Source: a virus. Taken from it: a stretch of DNA of 53,782 bases. Shown here one piece after another: positions 50,369 to 53,782 of the stretch. The DNA lies in the IMG/VR virus record IMGVR_UViG_3300033149_004295, positions 1-53,782 of that record; one strand, given 5' to 3'. Under the pieces are notes generated by a model. That model made no database searches. It saw nothing but the letters and a program-made list of their open reading frames with translations, and was not told where the DNA came from. The translations under genes were made by a program, and so were the position numbers. Positions within the stretch are counted from its first letter, which is position 1; every line of letters begins with the position of its first letter.

Positions 50369-51105
50369 AAGCGAGCCAATTCCGGGGAGAGTACCAGGGA
50401 CAAGGAGCGAACCAGATTCAGGGAGAGCACCAGGGGAATGGAGTGAGCCAAGGATTTCGAGAGTGCCGCGTCTCTGGAGCGAGCCATTTGCTGGGAGAGT
50501 ACCACTGTTTGAGAGCGAACCAGAGTTCGGGAGAGTACCACGGCTTTGGAGTGAGCCAAAAGTTAAGAGAGTGCCATAAAATAAGAGTGGTTCATCTAGG
50601 GAGAGAGTGCCAGAGGGAGTGAGTGGATCGCTTAAAATGAGCCATCCTCGGCAAGAGCACCAAAATAATTAAGCGAGCCACCAAGTTTGAGAGTACCAAA
50701 AAAGTGGAGCAAGCCATTTTAAGCGAGCCGTGTCTCACGAGCATGCCGAAGCGAGCCAACTCTTGCGAGAGCACCAAAGAATTAGAGCGAGCCGAGGGCA
50801 TAGAGAGTGCCGATACATTTGGGCGAGCCATTGGCAAAGAGAGCACCACAATAAAGGAGCGAGTTACAAGTGGAAAGAGCACCAGAGAACGGGAGCGAGC
50901 CAGGTAAGGGAAGAGTACCAAACTAATAGAGCGAGCCAGCGCGAGCGAGAGTACCATTGGATAAGGGCGAGCCATCGGTGAAGAGAGCACCAATATACGT
51001 GAGCGAGTCGTCATCTTGGAGGATACCAGAGGATAGTGAACCAGTCACCCGGAGAGCACCATTACGTGTGAGTGGGCCGTTTGCTAAAAGAGCACTATAA
51101 CATTA
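50369..51105 (+). repeat. 18-bp phased repeat array, block 4 (~42 units)
   Basis: In-phase runs are 50369-50621 (15 units), 50635-50707, 50721-50739, 50749-51019 (16 units) and 51034-51088. The A/B core alternation is preserved, and slips mostly fall at junctions involving B-type units. Confidence 0.95.
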
Positions 51106-51120
51106 CTACAAAAATATATT

Positions 51121-51195
51121 GTAAACCCGTAAATCGTAAACTCGTAAACGATAAACTTGTAAACCTGTAAACCGTAAACCTGTAAACTATAAAAC
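51121..51195 (+). repeat. GTAAAC(C) iteron cluster I (10 copies, 7-8-bp spacing)
   Basis: gtaaaccc gtaaatc gtaaactc gtaaacga taaactt gtaaacct gtaaacc gtaaacct gtaaacta taaaac. Confidence 0.85.
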
Positions 51196-51217
51196 GTAGT
51201 TGCAAGAAAAAGCAAAG

Positions 51218-51280
51218 GTAAACCTGTAAATCGTAAACCTGTAAACCTGTAAATCGTATACCCTAAAAATCGCGGTTTAC
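51218..51280 (+). repeat. GTAAAC(C) iteron cluster II (6-7 direct copies plus one inverted copy, ggtttac)
   Basis: gtaaacct gtaaatc gtaaacct gtaaacct gtaaatc gtataccc ... cgcGGTTTAC. Preceded by ttgcaagaaaaagcaaag. Confidence 0.85.
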
Positions 51281-51306
51281 TATATATAAATAATAATAAT
51301 ATATAG
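51281..51306. other. AT-only 26-bp tract between the iteron clusters (candidate DNA unwinding element)
   Basis: tatatataaataataataatatatag. Confidence 0.55.
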
Positions 51307-51336
51307 AGCTGAAATTATTGCAAGAAGAAAACAAAG

Positions 51337-51387
51337 GTAAACGTGTAAACCGTAAACTTGTAAACTGTAAACCATAGACCCGTAAAC
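51337..51387 (+). repeat. GTAAAC(C) iteron cluster III (6-7 copies)
   Basis: gtaaacgt gtaaacc gtaaactt gtaaact gtaaaccatagaccc gtaaac. Preceded by ttgcaagaagaaaacaaag, a repeat of the motif that precedes cluster II. Confidence 0.85.
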
Positions 51388-51413
51388 AGATACAAAGTTA
51401 AGGAGGGGTTTCG

Positions 51414-51974
51414 TTGACTGATAGCTGGCAAACTGACGACCCGAGGGCACCGAGGGAACTGACAATTCAGCAACTTATCAACAGAAGGCCGTATCTTGCC
51501 TCCAGCGACAAACAGGGGCACAGCACAGCATTAAGCGCAAAGGTAGCAAAGGACTTTGCCAGGTACTTCTCCGAAGTCGCTTTCTCCCGCCGCACTCCCT
51601 ACAGGAATACTTCAGACGCCATTAGGGACGCCTTGTACCTGGGTATGCACATTATCAGGGCCAGGTACTTTGGGGACGAAAACGAAGCGTGGGAAGCGGA
51701 GGCAGAAGCGATAGAAACTATGAACCGCATAAGCGAAAACGCGACTATAAGGGAAAGGATGGAGAGTTTTGCAAGAAGTATTGCTAAACTAAGGGACGAA
51801 GGAGACGTTGACGTGGCCTTGGAGTCCCTAGCGACCATGATAAGACGGATCAGCCACTTTCCGGACGAGTGGCGGCGCAAGAAACACTTCCTGAGCTTAA
51901 AAAAATGTTACAACATTCAAGACTTAATAAACCAACTTGACGAAGAGACAAAAAGTTTCGTTGAGGGGGCATGA
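51414..51974 (+). CDS. Hypothetical protein; candidate iteron/origin-binding protein by position only
   Basis: TTG start after an AAGGAGGGG RBS, immediately after the iterons. Its stop overlaps the helicase ATG (ATGA). Confidence 0.5.
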   Translation: MTDSWQTDDPRAPRELTIQQLINRRPYLASSDKQGHSTALSAKVAKDFARYFSEVAFSRRTPYRNTSDAIRDALYLGMHIIRARYFGDENEAWEAEAEAIETMNRISENATIRERMESFARSIAKLRDEGDVDVALESLATMIRRISHFPDEWRRKKHFLSLKKCYNIQDLINQLDEETKSFVEGA

Positions 51975-53782
51975 CGATGCTGCAAGCGTTCCAACCGGAT
52001 TACTGGAGGCTCGACGGGCCGGAAACGCCTACGCCGGCGAGGGTAAAAAGCTCTCTCTTAATCAAAAGCGGGTTCAGAGAGAGCATAGTGGAGCGCGCCT
52101 TCAAGCGTTTGGAAAAACACTGGCCCGTGCAGAAAAGCAAAGACAAATGGATAGTTAAAGGCGATATGAGCGATTGCTATTCCCATTACATCATACGGAT
52201 TAACAAAGAAAATAAGTATTGGTGTAGCTGTTACGGGAGTCCCTTCGGAGAAGTGCGGAGAAAAAATGTTTGTTCCCACGTCATGGCGGTGATTATAGCC
52301 AGGCGTCTAGGCTGGATTATAAGAGATGAAAGTTTTGAAGAACCCGAGATAAAGGAACAAAAAAGGGACGTGTTGACGCCGAGAAGCCTGGGTTTGCCTG
52401 AGAAGTTCACTACATTTTACCCGAACCAGATAAAAGCTCTCGAACGCATAGCTGCAAGCGATAAAAAATTCATAATGCTCCAGGCCCCTACCGGCAGCGG
52501 CAAGTCGCTCATTGCCGCCGCAGCGCAGAGGTTGCTTAGGGCAAAAACGCTTTATACCTGTCATACTAAAACCTTGCAAGACCAGTTTGTTAGAGATTTC
52601 CCTTATGCGGTCGAACTAAAGGGACGCGCCAACTACCCGACGGCTAATTACCCGCATCTGTTTCCTAAGATAAGCTGCGCTGACTGTTACCGAAGGAAAA
52701 AGGACCCCAGGTGCAAGTGGTGCTGTCCTCCCGATTGCCCGAATTACGGCGTAAACAAGCAGTACGCGAGCTGCGTGGCTGAGGGCAAGTGTCTCAATGA
52801 TGAAGGCTGGATGACCCGCTGCCCGTACCGCCTGCAAAAGAACAGGGCAATAAAGGCGAGACTTGCGGTTCTAAATATGGCAATGTTTCTTAACGAGGCA
52901 AATTTTGTCGGCGAGTTAGGGGCAGATGTCAAAAAGGATATTTACGGAAATACTATCTACGTACCGTTGTGGGACCTTGTAGTCCTTGACGAAGGAGACT
53001 TAACGGAAGACGCGCTTATGAGCTTTGTGGAGGTGGTGGTGTCAAAGAAACAGGTAAAAAAGCTGGGTATGAGTCCGCCGGCCAAAAAAACGAAGTCCGA
53101 CGCCTGGAGGGAGTGGCTGGAAACCGAAGCGATACCCAGGATAGAAGAAAGGATAAAGTCAATAGAAGTCAAGGATAGGTTTGAAACCATAAGTCTCAAA
53201 GAGCTTAGGGAACTAGACGAAATGACTAAACTAAAAGGGAAGCTGGAGTTCTTCGCCAGGGAGCTTGAAACCGGCAATTGGGTAAACTGCACCCGCCCGG
53301 AGGACAACGAGGCCGGCCCCTGGGTATTTAAGCCCGTATTCGTCTCCAGATACGCGGAGAGAAACCTGTGGAGACACGGCAAAAGGTTCTTAATAATGTC
53401 GGCGACTATCATATCGGCGGAACAGTTGGCAAGGAACCTCGGGATACCGAGCGGCGAGTTTGAGCTTATAGACTTACCTTCTACGTTTCCGGTAGAAAAC
53501 AGGCCGATATACTTCCAGCCTTCGGCGAACATGACCAACAAGACGAAGGAAGAAGAGTGGCCCAAGGTCGTCGAAACGATGGACAAGATACTTGACGAGC
53601 ACCCGGACGAAAAGACGGTAGTCCACACGGTGTCTTACCAGTTGACTAGATACGTTTACGAAAAGAGCAGGCACAAGAAAAGAATTGTCATCTATAACGA
53701 GGCTAAGGAAAGGGACGAGACTATAGAGAGGTACAAGAGGGACCCTACTCCCCTCGTAATAGTGGCTCCAAGCATGGAAAGA
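51971..53782 (+). CDS. SWIM zinc finger plus DinG/XPD-like Fe-S SF2 helicase, N-terminal 604 codons. The ORF runs off the window end and continues at nt 115-408 (about 700 aa in total).
   Basis: SWIM motif CSCYG...VCSHV. Walker A is LQAPTGSGKS. A Cys cluster (CADC...CKWCC...C...C) sits between motifs I and II, as in the XPD/DinG Fe-S domain. Motif II is VLDEGD. The frame is open to nt 53782. Confidence 0.85.
   Translation, partial: MTMLQAFQPDYWRLDGPETPTPARVKSSLLIKSGFRESIVERAFKRLEKHWPVQKSKDKWIVKGDMSDCYSHYIIRINKENKYWCSCYGSPFGEVRRKNVCSHVMAVIIARRLGWIIRDESFEEPEIKEQKRDVLTPRSLGLPEKFTTFYPNQIKALERIAASDKKFIMLQAPTGSGKSLIAAAAQRLLRAKTLYTCHTKTLQDQFVRDFPYAVELKGRANYPTANYPHLFPKISCADCYRRKKDPRCKWCCPPDCPNYGVNKQYASCVAEGKCLNDEGWMTRCPYRLQKNRAIKARLAVLNMAMFLNEANFVGELGADVKKDIYGNTIYVPLWDLVVLDEGDLTEDALMSFVEVVVSKKQVKKLGMSPPAKKTKSDAWREWLETEAIPRIEERIKSIEVKDRFETISLKELRELDEMTKLKGKLEFFARELETGNWVNCTRPEDNEAGPWVFKPVFVSRYAERNLWRHGKRFLIMSATIISAEQLARNLGIPSGEFELIDLPSTFPVENRPIYFQPSANMTNKTKEEEWPKVVETMDKILDEHPDEKTVVHTVSYQLTRYVYEKSRHKKRIVIYNEAKERDETIERYKRDPTPLVIVAPSMER

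Noticed and set aside
49326-51014. Long minus-strand ORFs (166, 136, 140 and 73 aa) and plus-strand ORFs (67 and 83 aa) inside the arrays as real hexapeptide-repeat proteins
   Set aside because: The conservation pattern is 10 contiguous fixed nt plus 8 free nt, not codon-like. No RBSs are present. Several frames are open simultaneously because the cores lack stop triplets and the spacers are purine-rich on one strand. The predicted proteins are implausible (LVLS/LARS repeats).
48099-51105. Whether the 18-bp arrays are a CRISPR array
   Set aside because: The conserved cores are only 10 nt and the variable parts only 8 nt. Two core types alternate. There is no leader and no cas genes. The cores are not palindromic. 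The geometry is incompatible with any known CRISPR type.
1-53782. tRNA, tmRNA or rRNA genes
   Set aside because: I scanned the larger intergenic regions (8003-8229, 10652-10802, 30779-31085, 36770-37027, 45235-45593, 46776-47105, 49861-50000, 51106-51413) by eye. No cloverleaf with a GTTCRANYC T-loop or a CCA-proximal acceptor pairing was found. A proper tRNAscan was not possible.

Overview
The window is a complete, circularly closed genome: nt 1-114 are identical to nt 53669-53782, giving 53,668 unique bp, and a helicase ORF reads in frame across the junction. It looks like a temperate virus or virus-like mobile element of an endospore-forming Firmicute. Supporting clues are strong AGGAGG ribosome-binding sites, many GTG/TTG starts, and YyaC-, XhlA- and Amidase_3-type genes.

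Layout:
- 1-12.1 kb (+): recombination, replication and early genes. These include a Cas4/RecB-like nuclease, DUF932, a P-loop ATPase, an ERCC4 nuclease, a YyaC-like protease, a 3D-domain protein, an antirepressor, an adenine methyltransferase and a UDG4 fusion.
- 12.1-30.8 kb (-): a long late operon rich in membrane proteins. It carries peptidoglycan-binding and hydrolase proteins and adhesin-type domains (PKD, DNRLRE, RCC1, Kelch, FN3, transglutaminase-like).
- 31-35.4 kb: small genes and an XhlA-like/amidase lysis pair.
- 35.5-47.9 kb (+): two tyrosine recombinases, a sigma-70-family factor, many small genes and a divergent cI/cro-like switch.
- 47.9-53.8 kb: a highly repetitive replication region.

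I recognised no large terminase, portal or tape-measure gene.

The main finding is at 48.1-51.1 kb. About 90 strictly phased 18-bp units alternate GAGAGTACCA and GAGCGAGCCA cores, each followed by an 8-nt variable, purine-rich spacer. They form four blocks that flank a protein carrying only the C-terminal domain of IS110-family transposases. An unannotated RG-rich microprotein lies just upstream, and GTAAAC(C) iterons with an AT-rich core lie just downstream.

Other signals:
- two type II hammerhead ribozymes flanking one gene
- four copies of a ~66-nt intergenic stem-loop cassette
- a 66-bp inverted-repeat pair 39 kb apart
- a ~190-bp GC-rich element with 23-bp inverted termini
- a cluster of TTCCCGAG operator boxes

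All calls come from reading the sequence by eye. No searches were run.
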